DNA of 64,000 nt from Crocinitomicaceae bacterium (GTDB taxonomy: Bacteria > Bacteroidota > Bacteroidia > Flavobacteriales_D > Crocinitomicaceae): assembly GCA_044240055.1 (NCBI GenBank), contig JBIIAG010000010.1, positions 18,463-82,462 on the forward strand, given 5' to 3'. The notes under the pieces are model-generated. The model made no database searches. It saw only the letters and a list, made by a program, of their open reading frames with translations, and had not been told where the DNA came from. The number at the start of each line of letters is the position of its first letter. Position 1 is the stretch's first letter. The translations under genes and the position numbers were made by a program. Shown here one piece after another: positions 9,470 to 19,548 of this stretch.

Positions 9470-11332
9470 GTGTGTATTAGATCAACCATTGTAAAAAAAA
9501 TACTATTTCAAATACTGATGTTCATGGTATTTGAAGAAACCTTGAACGCTCAAAATTGTCCTAATTCAAATTTCTCACAGGGAAATTTTTCCAATTGGAC
9601 TGGAACAACCGGTAGTGTATTTACAATGGGGAGTCCTTATGATATTCCCGGCTTTGTTGCTGGACAACACGACATTATATCGGTATCAACACCAGACCCA
9701 AACACGGGAGGAGTTATCACAACAATTCCGCCTGGCGGAGTAAGCTCTTGCCGCTTAGGTAACGACATAGCAGGTTATGGCGCTGAAAGCATGACGTATA
9801 CGATAAACGTTGATATGAGTAATCGACTATTTGTCTATGAATATGCCATGATTTTACAAGACCCTTTGAATACGCCACATTCAGTAAGTGAAAGACCTCG
9901 TTTCATAGTGAAAACCATGGACAATTCAGGCCAAGTAATACCTGGAAACTGTAGCTATTATGAAACGTATGGAGGAGATCCGAATAATAACTTCACTTAT
10001 TTTACAAGCGAGATTACCTATTCAAATTGGAAAAAAGTTGCGATAGACCTTAGTGCATATGTAAACTCTCCCACTCCCATCCAAATTCAGTTCACTACCA
10101 CAGATTGTGGACTTGGTGCCCATTGGGGGTATGCCTATATCACAACGAGTTGTGGACCTTTTGAAATTGATATGCAAAAAGACTGTCAAGGTGACATCGT
10201 ATTAACGGCACCAGATGGATTTGATTCCTATTTATGGTCTCCCGGCGGAGAAACTACACGAATAATCACTGTAAGCAATCCTCCAACTGGTACATATACC
10301 TTTTCTTGTACCATGAATCCAATTGCGGGATTATCTTGTCCCTCCGTAGTTGATACCACATTTAATTTTATTGAAACGCCCGATTTTTCCGTTTTGGATA
10401 CAACGATTTGCCTTGGAGAAACAGTTACACTTACAACCGAATGTGAAGAAATTGGTGGAACCTATTTATGGGCGCCATCTGGTCAAACGACAGATAATAT
10501 CACCGTTACTCCTAATGCGACTTCAACCTATTATGTCAGTTATAGTGCTTTGAATAACTGTGTTTATACCGACACCGCAACAATCATTGTAAACCCATTA
10601 CCTGTTATTGACATTCCAGATTTTTATGTCTGCATTGGTAATGAGGCGACACTACAACCTTACCCGCCTTATTACGATTATGTCTGGGATGACGGCTTTT
10701 TTTCTAATGTACCATTTATCCCAACTATTCCAAGGTATTACACGGTCACCGCGACAGATACCGTCACATTATGTCAACAAACCGACAGCCTATTCATCGA
10801 TATAAAACCCCTTCCCGTAGCAGCGTTTTCAAGTATATGTGGCAGCATTCCAGCTCAATTCATTAATAGCTCATCAGGGGGATTAATTTATTATTGGAAT
10901 TTCGGAGATGGTTCTCCAATTTCCGTTGGTAATCATGTGACTCATCCTTATCTGGGGTATAATAATGATTCATACATGGTTACATTAATTGCCGAGTCTG
11001 TATATGGCTGTAAAGATACCGTTCAAAACATATTTAACTTACCATTAGTATTTTATAAACCGAATACTTTTACACCGGATGGAGATGAATTTAACAATGA
11101 ATTTAAACCAATATTTTCACACAATGAAAACGTAGGTTCGTATCATTTTTTAATCTACGATCGATGGGGTGAGGTCATTTTTGAAACCTATAATATTAAG
11201 TATGGTTGGGATGGCACCTATGATTTAAAAATGTCTCAGGATGATACGTATACTTGGGAGTTGATTTATGAGGACATATTATGTAACAGTGGTAAAAAAC
11301 ACATTTATGGCCATGTTAATTTAATTAAGTAA
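9470..11332 (+). CDS. T9SS cargo protein with a PKD-like domain and a type B (gliding motility-associated) C-terminal sorting domain
   Basis: 620 aa with an N-terminal signal (KKILFQILMFMVFEETLNAQ). PKD-like motif YYWNFGDGSP. The C-terminus KPNTFTPDGDEFNNEFKPIF...YDRWGEVIFE...GWDGT fits the type B CTD. The start is GTG per the ORF track. Confidence 0.8.
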   Translation: MCIRSTIVKKILFQILMFMVFEETLNAQNCPNSNFSQGNFSNWTGTTGSVFTMGSPYDIPGFVAGQHDIISVSTPDPNTGGVITTIPPGGVSSCRLGNDIAGYGAESMTYTINVDMSNRLFVYEYAMILQDPLNTPHSVSERPRFIVKTMDNSGQVIPGNCSYYETYGGDPNNNFTYFTSEITYSNWKKVAIDLSAYVNSPTPIQIQFTTTDCGLGAHWGYAYITTSCGPFEIDMQKDCQGDIVLTAPDGFDSYLWSPGGETTRIITVSNPPTGTYTFSCTMNPIAGLSCPSVVDTTFNFIETPDFSVLDTTICLGETVTLTTECEEIGGTYLWAPSGQTTDNITVTPNATSTYYVSYSALNNCVYTDTATIIVNPLPVIDIPDFYVCIGNEATLQPYPPYYDYVWDDGFFSNVPFIPTIPRYYTVTATDTVTLCQQTDSLFIDIKPLPVAAFSSICGSIPAQFINSSSGGLIYYWNFGDGSPISVGNHVTHPYLGYNNDSYMVTLIAESVYGCKDTVQNIFNLPLVFYKPNTFTPDGDEFNNEFKPIFSHNENVGSYHFLIYDRWGEVIFETYNIKYGWDGTYDLKMSQDDTYTWELIYEDILCNSGKKHIYGHVNLIK

Positions 11333-11498
11333 GCCCAAATAATGCGTTCATTGAAACAAGCTATTTGACTTCAAAAACTTCAAAAGGATTGTGTTCAATT
11401 TTAATAAATAAGATAGAGTAAATCATCCAATCGATAAAGAGTTAAGAATCTTCTCTATTTCCATTCTATCAAACTCGCTTTAATGAGAAAACAAATTA

Positions 11499-11544
11499 AA
11501 ATCCCTCGAGATGTAAAAATCAACTCGAGGGATTTATCGTTTTT
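11499..11544 (+). terminator. candidate Rho-independent terminator (12-bp perfect stem)
   Basis: AAATCCCTCGAG - 13-nt loop - CTCGAGGGATTT, followed by atcgttttt. It lies about 170 nt downstream of the 9470..11332 gene. Confidence 0.5.
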
Positions 11545-11720
11545 ACCAGTATTGAATATTCATAAACATCCATTCCAATTAGCCTTTTAAGTTAAAAAAC
11601 ACGCATTTTAACTTAAATCACCATGGGAAAAATAGTTCTCTTCGAAATGTATCCATATCTTCGCGCCTTGAAAACAAAATACTGATTCGGACATCGTTTC
11701 AGTTCGATACTAATGACCTT

Positions 11721-12173
11721 ATGAAACGCATCAACGAATACAAAAAATTATTTCAGATTGAAAACCAAATCGATTTGGCCGAATTAAAATTGACTTACCG
11801 CAAATTAGTAAAGCAATGGCATCCGGATAAATTTCAAGAGGGTGATCCAATGAAAGAAGAAGCGGCAATTATGGGTCAACAAGTGACTGATGGATACCAT
11901 TTTTTAGTAAGCATCGCACCTGAAACTAGAGAGGCTAATTTGGCAGAGTATACTGCAACAATCAATGAATGTATGATTGCAGACTACAAACACAAAGGAC
12001 TTCTGTTAGAAATTACGTTTACGGATGGTTCTACTTACGAGTACTTTGGTGTCAATGCGAATGTGTACAAAAAACTCATCAACTCTGATAAACAAGTTCG
12101 TTTTGCGAAGCGATTTATTTACGAAAGCTACACGTACCGTAAATCCAAAAAAGGAAATCAGTCGGAGGATTAA
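11721..12173 (+). CDS. J-domain (DnaJ-like) protein with a C-terminal KTSC domain
   Basis: J-domain core LTYRKLVKQWHPDKF. The C-terminal segment LLEITFTDGSTYEYFGVNANVYKKLINSD is typical of KTSC. Confidence 0.7.
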   Translation: MKRINEYKKLFQIENQIDLAELKLTYRKLVKQWHPDKFQEGDPMKEEAAIMGQQVTDGYHFLVSIAPETREANLAEYTATINECMIADYKHKGLLLEITFTDGSTYEYFGVNANVYKKLINSDKQVRFAKRFIYESYTYRKSKKGNQSED

Positions 12174-12336
12174 AAACCTACACTACTCAGCGCAGATGTA
12201 AATGCTGCATTTGATTTCATCACTTCTCAAGCAAACCTCGAAATAATTCATTGCAGGTTATTACTCCAACTTTAAAAAAGAAGTCAAAAACTACTTTTGG
12301 GCAATTTTTATTGTTTGAAAACGCTTGAATAGGATC

Positions 12337-13599
12337 CTATTGCCGAATAAGAACAGGCATTCCAATCACCACATTTTGGTAAACAATTGGGGCCATTTTA
12401 GGTGGAATGTTCACACAACCGTGAGAGCCGCCATTTTGGTAAATACTTGCACCGAAACGTCTCCTCCAAGTTGCATCATGAAGGCCATATCCTTTGTAGA
12501 ATGGCATCCAATAAGAAACAAAGGATTCATAACCTGGACCTTTTAATACCTTATCTCTTACCTTGAAAAGGATTTTGTAGTCACCTATCGGTGTGTTTCG
12601 CTCCAATTTTTCATTTCCAGTGACAACATCTGTTTCGAGAACCAAGCTCCCTCCTTTAAACAACCATAATTTTTGCTGTGTGATACTCACCTCTACAAAA
12701 TCCGATAATCCTTCTTTTATTCCTTTTGGTAAACCTCTCTGGACCAAAACAATATCTCTTTTTGCTGTTTTACCAGATGGAATCAATTTAATTAACTCAT
12801 CAATTTCACTTGGAATATTCATTCGGTAAAACTGCTCTTGATTTGTAGTATCCGCTGGATCTAATTTTGCCAATTCCTCTAACACCTCACCAAGTGGCTT
12901 TTCGACTTCCTTTGCTATTTTTTGCAAGTATGTTTGTGTGGAAATATAATCGACTTTCACCTTTAACTCCGCATTCAATGAAAGCCACGGACCAAAGGTA
13001 CGCTTGTCTAGGGTAAAACTTTTAGATTCAACGTTGATTTTAATGACCGCCTTTAACGATTCTACCAATGCTTTCTTGGCTGTTTTCAATTCCTCTGAAT
13101 CTTTTGTGTATTTCGGCTTTAAGTATAAATCTGCTTTTGTTAAATCTATAGCAGTACCCTTATGTTGAATCAATTTCATCATACGAATACGGAGCATAGC
13201 CGTATCTATTTCCGTTCCTTGAAATTCTTCTTCGAGACTGAAGTCTGTATCTTTGTAAATGTATGTTGCATTTCGTGAGGCTTCGAAAGGCAAATCATGA
13301 ATGATGCCTAAAAAATTAGTTAATCCGCTATCCAAGGAACCGCTTTTCCACGTTGAATCTTTCAAGTCTTTCTTGTCACCAACTTGATTCGTCTCAATTA
13401 AAAACTGGTATTTTTTCGATTTTTTAGTCGGTAATGCAACTGAAAATGCTACCTCTAAATGGTTACTTCCTGAAATTTGAATCGACAAGCTATTGGAAGG
13501 TAGTTTCCTTTTTTCATTTTTAGGTTTTTCTCGACCACAAGACAAAAAGCAGAAAATCGCAATGACACCAACAGTTAAATACTTGAAAAATTGAAACAT
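12337..13599 (-). CDS. L,D-transpeptidase (YkuD/ErfK family) lipoprotein
   Basis: Lipobox FLSC. The C-terminal catalytic region reads GLHDATWRRRFGASIYQNGGSHGCVNIP (SHGC active site). Confidence 0.85.
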   Translation of the reverse strand: MFQFFKYLTVGVIAIFCFLSCGREKPKNEKRKLPSNSLSIQISGSNHLEVAFSVALPTKKSKKYQFLIETNQVGDKKDLKDSTWKSGSLDSGLTNFLGIIHDLPFEASRNATYIYKDTDFSLEEEFQGTEIDTAMLRIRMMKLIQHKGTAIDLTKADLYLKPKYTKDSEELKTAKKALVESLKAVIKINVESKSFTLDKRTFGPWLSLNAELKVKVDYISTQTYLQKIAKEVEKPLGEVLEELAKLDPADTTNQEQFYRMNIPSEIDELIKLIPSGKTAKRDIVLVQRGLPKGIKEGLSDFVEVSITQQKLWLFKGGSLVLETDVVTGNEKLERNTPIGDYKILFKVRDKVLKGPGYESFVSYWMPFYKGYGLHDATWRRRFGASIYQNGGSHGCVNIPPKMAPIVYQNVVIGMPVLIRQ

Positions 13600-13761
13600 G
13601 AAGTAGAAATATTATTAGGTTTTCAATTCCCTTAATTAATTTTAAAAAGAAGTGAAAAGCAAAATTAAGACTATTAAACGTGATAAAAAAAATAGAAAGC
13701 TAACAATGAATGTTTTAGTCAAACTTCAATTAGATTTTTATTGTTTGAAGTTACCTAATTT

Positions 13762-16122
13762 TTAATCTATATAGTATTCAAAATACTTACATTCCCTTAT
13801 TATTTCTTGGTAAGTAGCTGTTCCATAATAATTCGAGGCTAAAAGTTGAAAGTTGCGCATGCTTCCAGATCTTTTCATTTCATCAAAGTAAGCCGTGAAA
13901 CCATCGCCGCCTTCATCCCAATCCGGAAAACCATCATTTTTGTACGAGTAACGGTTTTGCTCACATCTGGCTAGCATAAAATAAGCTTGGGCCTGTCTTT
14001 CTCTAGTGAGTCCCCCAAGAGTTAACGCTGTATTCAAATAACTTTCCGCTACACTCATATCGACATTTCCATCCGGAAAACTATAGATTCGAGCGTATGC
14101 CAATAACTTCCATTGCAATCCATAATAACTGCTATTATAATATGCGATACCCAACTGAAATGCATTTTCCGCAGTCAAAGGTTGCTCGATGAGTTGCTTT
14201 ACCTTTTTTGCAAAGGCCAATCGAGACATTTTTGGAAGTTGTTCTTGTATTTCATCGTGATGGCCAAAATTTGGAGTCTTGGAAGTATAGGAAAACGGAG
14301 ATCCATTTACAAAGTTTTCATTGATTAAATCAGCAGGTAAAGCATTGTAGATCGAAATAGCTTCATCTAATTTAGCAGGATTCCTAAGCAAAATGGTCGC
14401 CTTTAATTCCTTCAACATTTGCTCACATCGATTAAAATTCTGCTCTGAGATTTCGTCTGGTATTTGAAAATAATATGTAGCTGCAAAAAGAGATAATTTA
14501 CTTTCAGGCGTTCGGTTCAAATCCACAATAAATCGATTAATATCTGAAACCTTTATTTCAAAATCAGTTGAGTTACTTTGATCATTTTCTAACGAGCTTG
14601 CCGATTTTACACACAAATCAAAGAAAACCTCACCCGAAAAAATTAAATGGATGAACGAATTTGAATTGCGGTAACGGGCTGCTATTTTGCGGAAAATGAA
14701 CTCATTTATCGTGTTGTATTCCTCGATTAAAAAGCTCTCATTCCCGTACGCAGAACGAGTTGATTCACTCGTGCTTACAAAAGGATAGTTTGGATTGTTC
14801 TCATTGATCTCATACAGTTTTTCACCGATGATGTTTTCATCCTCAATGGAAAGCGAGGATCGTGAATCGACATAATTGATGACATAAATAATGTCATACT
14901 GCTTCTGAATTTCCAGACTTGAAGGCTGAATTTCATTCAAAACCTTTGTGCAATTTTCATGCTGTGCATCCAAGTAATACAAATAGGCCAAGGATAAATG
15001 CCAGAAATAATCCTTTTCATCTTGCGCCAACATTGCTTGGTTCATTTGAATCAATTCATTGATATAGGCTGGAACTTGATCCTTTAGCAGCATAAGTTCT
15101 TTGGTTCGTTCACTTAGGTATTCTTCATCTGAATCATTTTTCGTCAACAGTATTTTTTCCAATTTATTGATTTCATGCGACATCACTACGCGCGCATATT
15201 CGTGGTTCCCAAGTTTCTGCGTGATTTCTTTTAAATCAGCCATCGCTAAAGTTTTTGATTGCATTGCGTGAATGTAATAAAGCGCCATTTTTTCTTCCTC
15301 ATTCTGACATAAACTCAAGGTCTTACTGAAATCTGAAGGCGACTTCAATTTCATGCTTAAATAGGAGCTACTGCGTTTTTCTGGACAGTTTACATATACT
15401 TGCGCAAAATAATAGTTCGCTTCTGCTGTTCGTTTTAATTCTGATAGAACTCCAGCATAATGTTCCATCGCCCAGAAACTCAACATGCTTTTTTTACCTT
15501 CAAAGTACTTTTTAAAATTGGTAATGAAAGTCGTGTATTGTTTGCTGTAACGGTTTAATTTCAACAATTGAAAAGCATACCTTTCCTTTAAAAAAGCATC
15601 TTGACTGACGTTAATCTGAGCCATTGCTTGATTCATCAATGGACCAAAATCAGCAATCACAATTTTCTTTGGCTCATCCTCCCAAGGGTCCGGGGCATAA
15701 GCCTCTAACAATTTTTCTACTTTCAAAGCAAATACGATGCAATCCACAAATTGAGCTTCCTTTTGAGGCGACTTCAGTAGATTTAATCGGTTTCTTCTAA
15801 GGTTCAAAAGTTCCTTGTCTCGAGTGCTAAATTTAGACTCTCCCCGATAAATAAATGAGATTAAATCTTCTTTGCGGTAAGCACCCTCTAAAAAATCAGC
15901 CCAACTCTGTGCGTTTTGATTCTTTAAATTTTCATGGTTATAGAGTTCGGCATTGTAATACCACGCATTGAAACTGGTATTTTTCTTTGAGTAATTAAAC
16001 ACAAAATCCCTATCAAAGAGCATATCGTATTCCATAGATGGACTCCAAGCACATGAAATGGATTGAAAAGCAATAACAATACTAAGGAATAAGGCGATTG
16101 ATCGATGATAACGTGGATGCAT
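13762..16122 (-). CDS. large hypothetical lipoprotein (786 aa), predicted to be mainly alpha-helical
   Basis: Lipobox QSISC. No catalytic motif recognised. It overlaps the upstream gene by 41 nt. Confidence 0.5.
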   Translation of the reverse strand: MHPRYHRSIALFLSIVIAFQSISCAWSPSMEYDMLFDRDFVFNYSKKNTSFNAWYYNAELYNHENLKNQNAQSWADFLEGAYRKEDLISFIYRGESKFSTRDKELLNLRRNRLNLLKSPQKEAQFVDCIVFALKVEKLLEAYAPDPWEDEPKKIVIADFGPLMNQAMAQINVSQDAFLKERYAFQLLKLNRYSKQYTTFITNFKKYFEGKKSMLSFWAMEHYAGVLSELKRTAEANYYFAQVYVNCPEKRSSSYLSMKLKSPSDFSKTLSLCQNEEEKMALYYIHAMQSKTLAMADLKEITQKLGNHEYARVVMSHEINKLEKILLTKNDSDEEYLSERTKELMLLKDQVPAYINELIQMNQAMLAQDEKDYFWHLSLAYLYYLDAQHENCTKVLNEIQPSSLEIQKQYDIIYVINYVDSRSSLSIEDENIIGEKLYEINENNPNYPFVSTSESTRSAYGNESFLIEEYNTINEFIFRKIAARYRNSNSFIHLIFSGEVFFDLCVKSASSLENDQSNSTDFEIKVSDINRFIVDLNRTPESKLSLFAATYYFQIPDEISEQNFNRCEQMLKELKATILLRNPAKLDEAISIYNALPADLINENFVNGSPFSYTSKTPNFGHHDEIQEQLPKMSRLAFAKKVKQLIEQPLTAENAFQLGIAYYNSSYYGLQWKLLAYARIYSFPDGNVDMSVAESYLNTALTLGGLTRERQAQAYFMLARCEQNRYSYKNDGFPDWDEGGDGFTAYFDEMKRSGSMRNFQLLASNYYGTATYQEIIRECKYFEYYID

Positions 16123-17167
16123 TGTATTTATTTAGATGGTCTTGACTTAAATGGTAGAAAATAAGTTGGTGAAAGGTAAGGTTCGTTTTCTTAAAGTATT
16201 CTGCTATTTGAACTAATGATTTTGGAGGTGATGTTTCAAATCGGATTAAATCTCCTTTGCAAAAATTTGTTTCGTTGGCAACAATATCTTCTTTCACCTT
16301 GTAAGTATTCTCTCCTACCCTACTCAGAGATTTAGTTGGTAAATCCTGCATGGATAAATCGTTGGAAATGACACTCAATTTACCTAAACGAAAAATCAAT
16401 CCCCATTGATAAATAGGTAAGGCTAAATCTAATTGAATGGGGTATTTTGTGTCTTCATTCACATATTGCTTTAAAACTTTACTGGAAATAATGGAATTAG
16501 GCGTTGAAATACTTTCGATGTCATCCATGTTGTAACACATTAACAGTCCTTTTTCTACTGGAGGAATTCCCGAACTTTGTTGGTATTTTATTTGATGTAA
16601 GCGAATCGTACAAACCAATTTTGTTTGTCCCTGCAGGATTTTTAACTCCTCCAAAAAAGCAAAATAATCATCCCTTGTGACTTTTGTCCAATCACAATCA
16701 ATTTGAATCTCTTCTATTTTTAAAAATTGATGAACAGCGATTTCGTCGATTAAATGACTGATTTTTTTTGCCAAAGAATGAACATCATTTGCATAGCGAA
16801 AGACATCATTTTGGATGAAAACACATGGGATTACTTCTAGATTGGTTCGTTCTTTGAACTGAATCTTTGAAATCGGTTTCGGCTGATTATTTTCATCTAA
16901 CATGACATCAAAAAACTTCATGTAAATGCGTTCAGTCTTTGTTTCCTTCAGTAATTTTTGTTGTTCCTCCGTTAATTCTAAGGTCTGTTTCCAATAATAA
17001 AATGAAACGGGAACTTGTTTTTTCGATTGACACGAAAAAAGAAAAGTCAGCAGCAATAAAAGTAAGGTGCTTTGCTTAGGAAGGGTTGAATCCACGTTTA
17101 AATTTAGACGAATACATTTGAACAAGTGGACTAAAAACTTATTCAAAGTTTTTAATATACTCTGCAT
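16082..17167 (-). CDS. hypothetical lipoprotein, possibly a TIM-barrel-like fold
   Basis: Lipobox FLFSC. Periodic hydrophobic strand-like segments are present (IPCVFIQ, EIQIDCDW, LVCTIRLHQ, GLLMCYNM). It overlaps the upstream YARHG gene by 29 nt. Confidence 0.45.
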   Translation of the reverse strand: MQSILKTLNKFLVHLFKCIRLNLNVDSTLPKQSTLLLLLLTFLFSCQSKKQVPVSFYYWKQTLELTEEQQKLLKETKTERIYMKFFDVMLDENNQPKPISKIQFKERTNLEVIPCVFIQNDVFRYANDVHSLAKKISHLIDEIAVHQFLKIEEIQIDCDWTKVTRDDYFAFLEELKILQGQTKLVCTIRLHQIKYQQSSGIPPVEKGLLMCYNMDDIESISTPNSIISSKVLKQYVNEDTKYPIQLDLALPIYQWGLIFRLGKLSVISNDLSMQDLPTKSLSRVGENTYKVKEDIVANETNFCKGDLIRFETSPPKSLVQIAEYFKKTNLTFHQLIFYHLSQDHLNKYNASTLSSINRLIP

Positions 17168-17621
17168 TTTCCTTTTCTAACCAAGTCAATCGATTATTTA
17201 CGTCAACATATAATGGTTGGTACCAACGTTGAGTTGAAAAATGATTTTTCATGTCTTGGGTTTTAAATATATAACCGTACCGAGCAAAGATTTCATTACG
17301 CATGATTTTTAATTCAAATTTATTCAAGCGTGATACATCATCATAGGTTAATTTCCTTTCGGATGCTTCCGGGTAATCACCAAATCCTCGAGCGTGAAAG
17401 GTTTGTTGACTCGAAGCATTCGATGCTCCTTGATCTTTTAATCGTTCTAATTCTGCATTTTTCTCTGCTAATTCCTTTTCCAAATCTGCTTGTTTTTCTG
17501 CTTGCATGGCTTGTTCTTGCTGATTTAGCTTTTCTTCAAGTGCTTCAATTTTAGCGTCATCATTCCCGCAGGAAGAAATTGAAATACCGATTAATAAGGA
17601 GACAAACAATCTTTTCATCAT
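17139..17621 (-). CDS. YARHG domain-containing lipoprotein with a coiled-coil linker
   Basis: Lipobox SISSC. An E/K/Q-rich coiled-coil segment follows. The C-terminal segment LKIMRNEIFARYGYIFKTQDMKNHF..QRWY matches the YARHG domain. Confidence 0.75.
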   Translation of the reverse strand: MMKRLFVSLLIGISISSCGNDDAKIEALEEKLNQQEQAMQAEKQADLEKELAEKNAELERLKDQGASNASSQQTFHARGFGDYPEASERKLTYDDVSRLNKFELKIMRNEIFARYGYIFKTQDMKNHFSTQRWYQPLYVDVNNRLTWLEKENAEYIKNFE

Positions 17622-17720
17622 TGATTAATTTTTTAGAATACTTGTTAAAAGTAGAATAAATAGGCTATCATTAAGAAAATAAAATTTAAAATAATTAGTA
17701 AATTGCACAAAATTCAACCA

Positions 17721-18161
17721 ATGAAATCATTACTTTTTTTCGTTTCTTTAACGTTTTCCCAAAGTTCTTTCTTCGCACAAACCATTCGGGATTTCAAAGT
17801 TAAAAATGATGCCAACGTAAAAGAACGTACTCAAATGCTCGATCTGCTTCGGAATTCCATCAAAAACGACATCGAACAAGACGTGATATTTGTTGTGAAT
17901 CACTTTTTAGTTTCAGGGAATTACGCCTGGATGGAAGGAACCGTTCAAAGAAAGGATGGTAAAACACTACGTTTTCCTGATGATTATTATGATTGTTGTC
18001 ATGCAGAAGCACTCTTCAAAAAAGTGAATGGCGCATGGATATTAAAAGAAGAAGGTGCCTTTTCAACGGATGCTTGGTATTCTTGTATTCATGACCGATT
18101 TCCCGATGCTGACACACGAATTTTCTCTCAAAATGTTAAATCAATGATGAAGTGTGATTAA
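17721..18161 (+). CDS. hypothetical secreted protein
   Basis: Start refined to the ATG giving MKSLLFFVSLTFSQSSFFAQ. The 3' end overlaps the GTG start of the next gene. Confidence 0.5.
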   Translation: MKSLLFFVSLTFSQSSFFAQTIRDFKVKNDANVKERTQMLDLLRNSIKNDIEQDVIFVVNHFLVSGNYAWMEGTVQRKDGKTLRFPDDYYDCCHAEALFKKVNGAWILKEEGAFSTDAWYSCIHDRFPDADTRIFSQNVKSMMKCD

Positions 18162-18885
18162 TCTATTCAACCTCGTTTTATTTCTGTTTTCCTTTTATTT
18201 CACCAACGATTCATCGGTATTCCTTCGCGCCTATCCTGGAATTATTACGAAAATTGAACAGAATACCGTTACCTTCAAATCTGGAAAGAAAATTACGTAT
18301 GATGACTTTGCTAAGAAATCGACATCTGCTTTATTAGATAAACCGGACATCGAAGATCAACTTTATTACACCTACAATACGGAAGGACCAGAAAAAAACA
18401 ATGACGCTGGAAGGATTCGAAACGATGCATTTTTTAAGGAAATCTACGGGCATTCAAGAGAAGAAGTTGCTAAAAACCTTACAACCGTGACTTGGTGTCC
18501 CAAATTAGTTAATGTAAAACTAAATTTTTCGAAAGTAAATAATGCAAATATTGCCTTAACGAAGGTTTCCAAAGAATTAGATGAACATCCTGAATGGAAG
18601 AAATATTTAACAAATATTGGCGGCACCTTTAATTGGAGAACAATAAGCGGCACCAATCGATTGAGTGCGCATTCATTTGGAATTACAATTGATATCAATA
18701 CATCCTTTTCAAATTATTGGCAATGGGATTGTGGATGCAAGGATGAATCAAAATCTTTAGGCTACAAAAATAGAATCCCAATGGGTATTGTCGAAATATT
18801 CGAAAAACATGGTTTCATTTGGGGTGGACGATGGAAACATTACGATACCATGCATTTTGAATACCGTCCAGAGTTTTTTAAGTAA
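18154..18885 (+). CDS. M15 family (VanY / D-Ala-D-Ala carboxypeptidase-like) zinc peptidase
   Basis: Motifs SAHSFGITIDIN (SxHxxGxAxD) and HGFIWGGRWKHYDTMHFEYRP, with an N-terminal hydrophobic anchor. Confidence 0.75.
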   Translation: MINLFNLVLFLFSFYFTNDSSVFLRAYPGIITKIEQNTVTFKSGKKITYDDFAKKSTSALLDKPDIEDQLYYTYNTEGPEKNNDAGRIRNDAFFKEIYGHSREEVAKNLTTVTWCPKLVNVKLNFSKVNNANIALTKVSKELDEHPEWKKYLTNIGGTFNWRTISGTNRLSAHSFGITIDINTSFSNYWQWDCGCKDESKSLGYKNRIPMGIVEIFEKHGFIWGGRWKHYDTMHFEYRPEFFK

Positions 18886-18948
18886 GTTCCGGGACGTTTA
18901 ATCTGCTGAAAGGATATTCATTTAGCGATTTAGCGACTCAAATATGCA

Positions 18949-19515
18949 TTACATTAATTCAATCTCACTTAAAATCATCGTTCCATTTAAAAGGCATTCT
19001 AATTCGAACTCTTTGCAATCTATGGATTCAATTTCCAAGACATCACCTGTATTCAGCATTTGATCAAAGCAACGAAATCGTCCTGTGTGAATAAAAAGGA
19101 TGATTCGTTTACCAGATACGGAAACCGACTCTTGTTGCGATTCCTCCATCGTGAATGCACGGGTAGAACCAACTGCTTGTGCATTACACATGAGGTTGAA
19201 ATCTCGAACTTTCCCAATACTTTTTGTTGACCACGAACCATCGAATGTATCTTGATCGTAAGGATCCAATTGTTTTTGGTAACGTCCTTCATGAATCAGT
19301 GTGATGGATCCTTCCAAAACCATAAGGATGCGCGTCAAACCAGAAAAATCAGAAAAGGTACTTTCTTCCACTTCAACGGTTGCTGTACTTATGCGGAAAA
19401 TGAAATCACGCTTCAAGAAATCGCTTTCAGATGGGAATTTTACTAATTCTGTAGTCGTTCCGTTCGCCCAAGCTTTTGGAGAAAATTGATCAGCAGGTAG
19501 GTAGTTAATTTTCAT
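18949..19515 (-). CDS. HutD family protein
   Basis: 188 aa. WANGTTTELVKFP ... FIFRISTATVEVEESTFSDFSGLTRILMVLEGSITL follows the HutD/Ves signature (W.NG.G.T.E, RIS.A.V, FS.F.G..R). Confidence 0.6.
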   Translation of the reverse strand: MKINYLPADQFSPKAWANGTTTELVKFPSESDFLKRDFIFRISTATVEVEESTFSDFSGLTRILMVLEGSITLIHEGRYQKQLDPYDQDTFDGSWSTKSIGKVRDFNLMCNAQAVGSTRAFTMEESQQESVSVSGKRIILFIHTGRFRCFDQMLNTGDVLEIESIDCKEFELECLLNGTMILSEIELM

Positions 19516-19548
19516 GAGGGGAAATTATACTCAAAAGTAGTTTTTTTT

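Noticed and set aside
12304-13749. Identical 16-mer ATTTTTATTGTTTGAA at 12304..12319 and 13734..13749, each just 3' of a minus-strand stop codon
   Set aside because: A single exact 16-mer match of AT-rich sequence in 64 kb is within chance expectation. There is no hairpin and no third copy, so I do not call it a motif.
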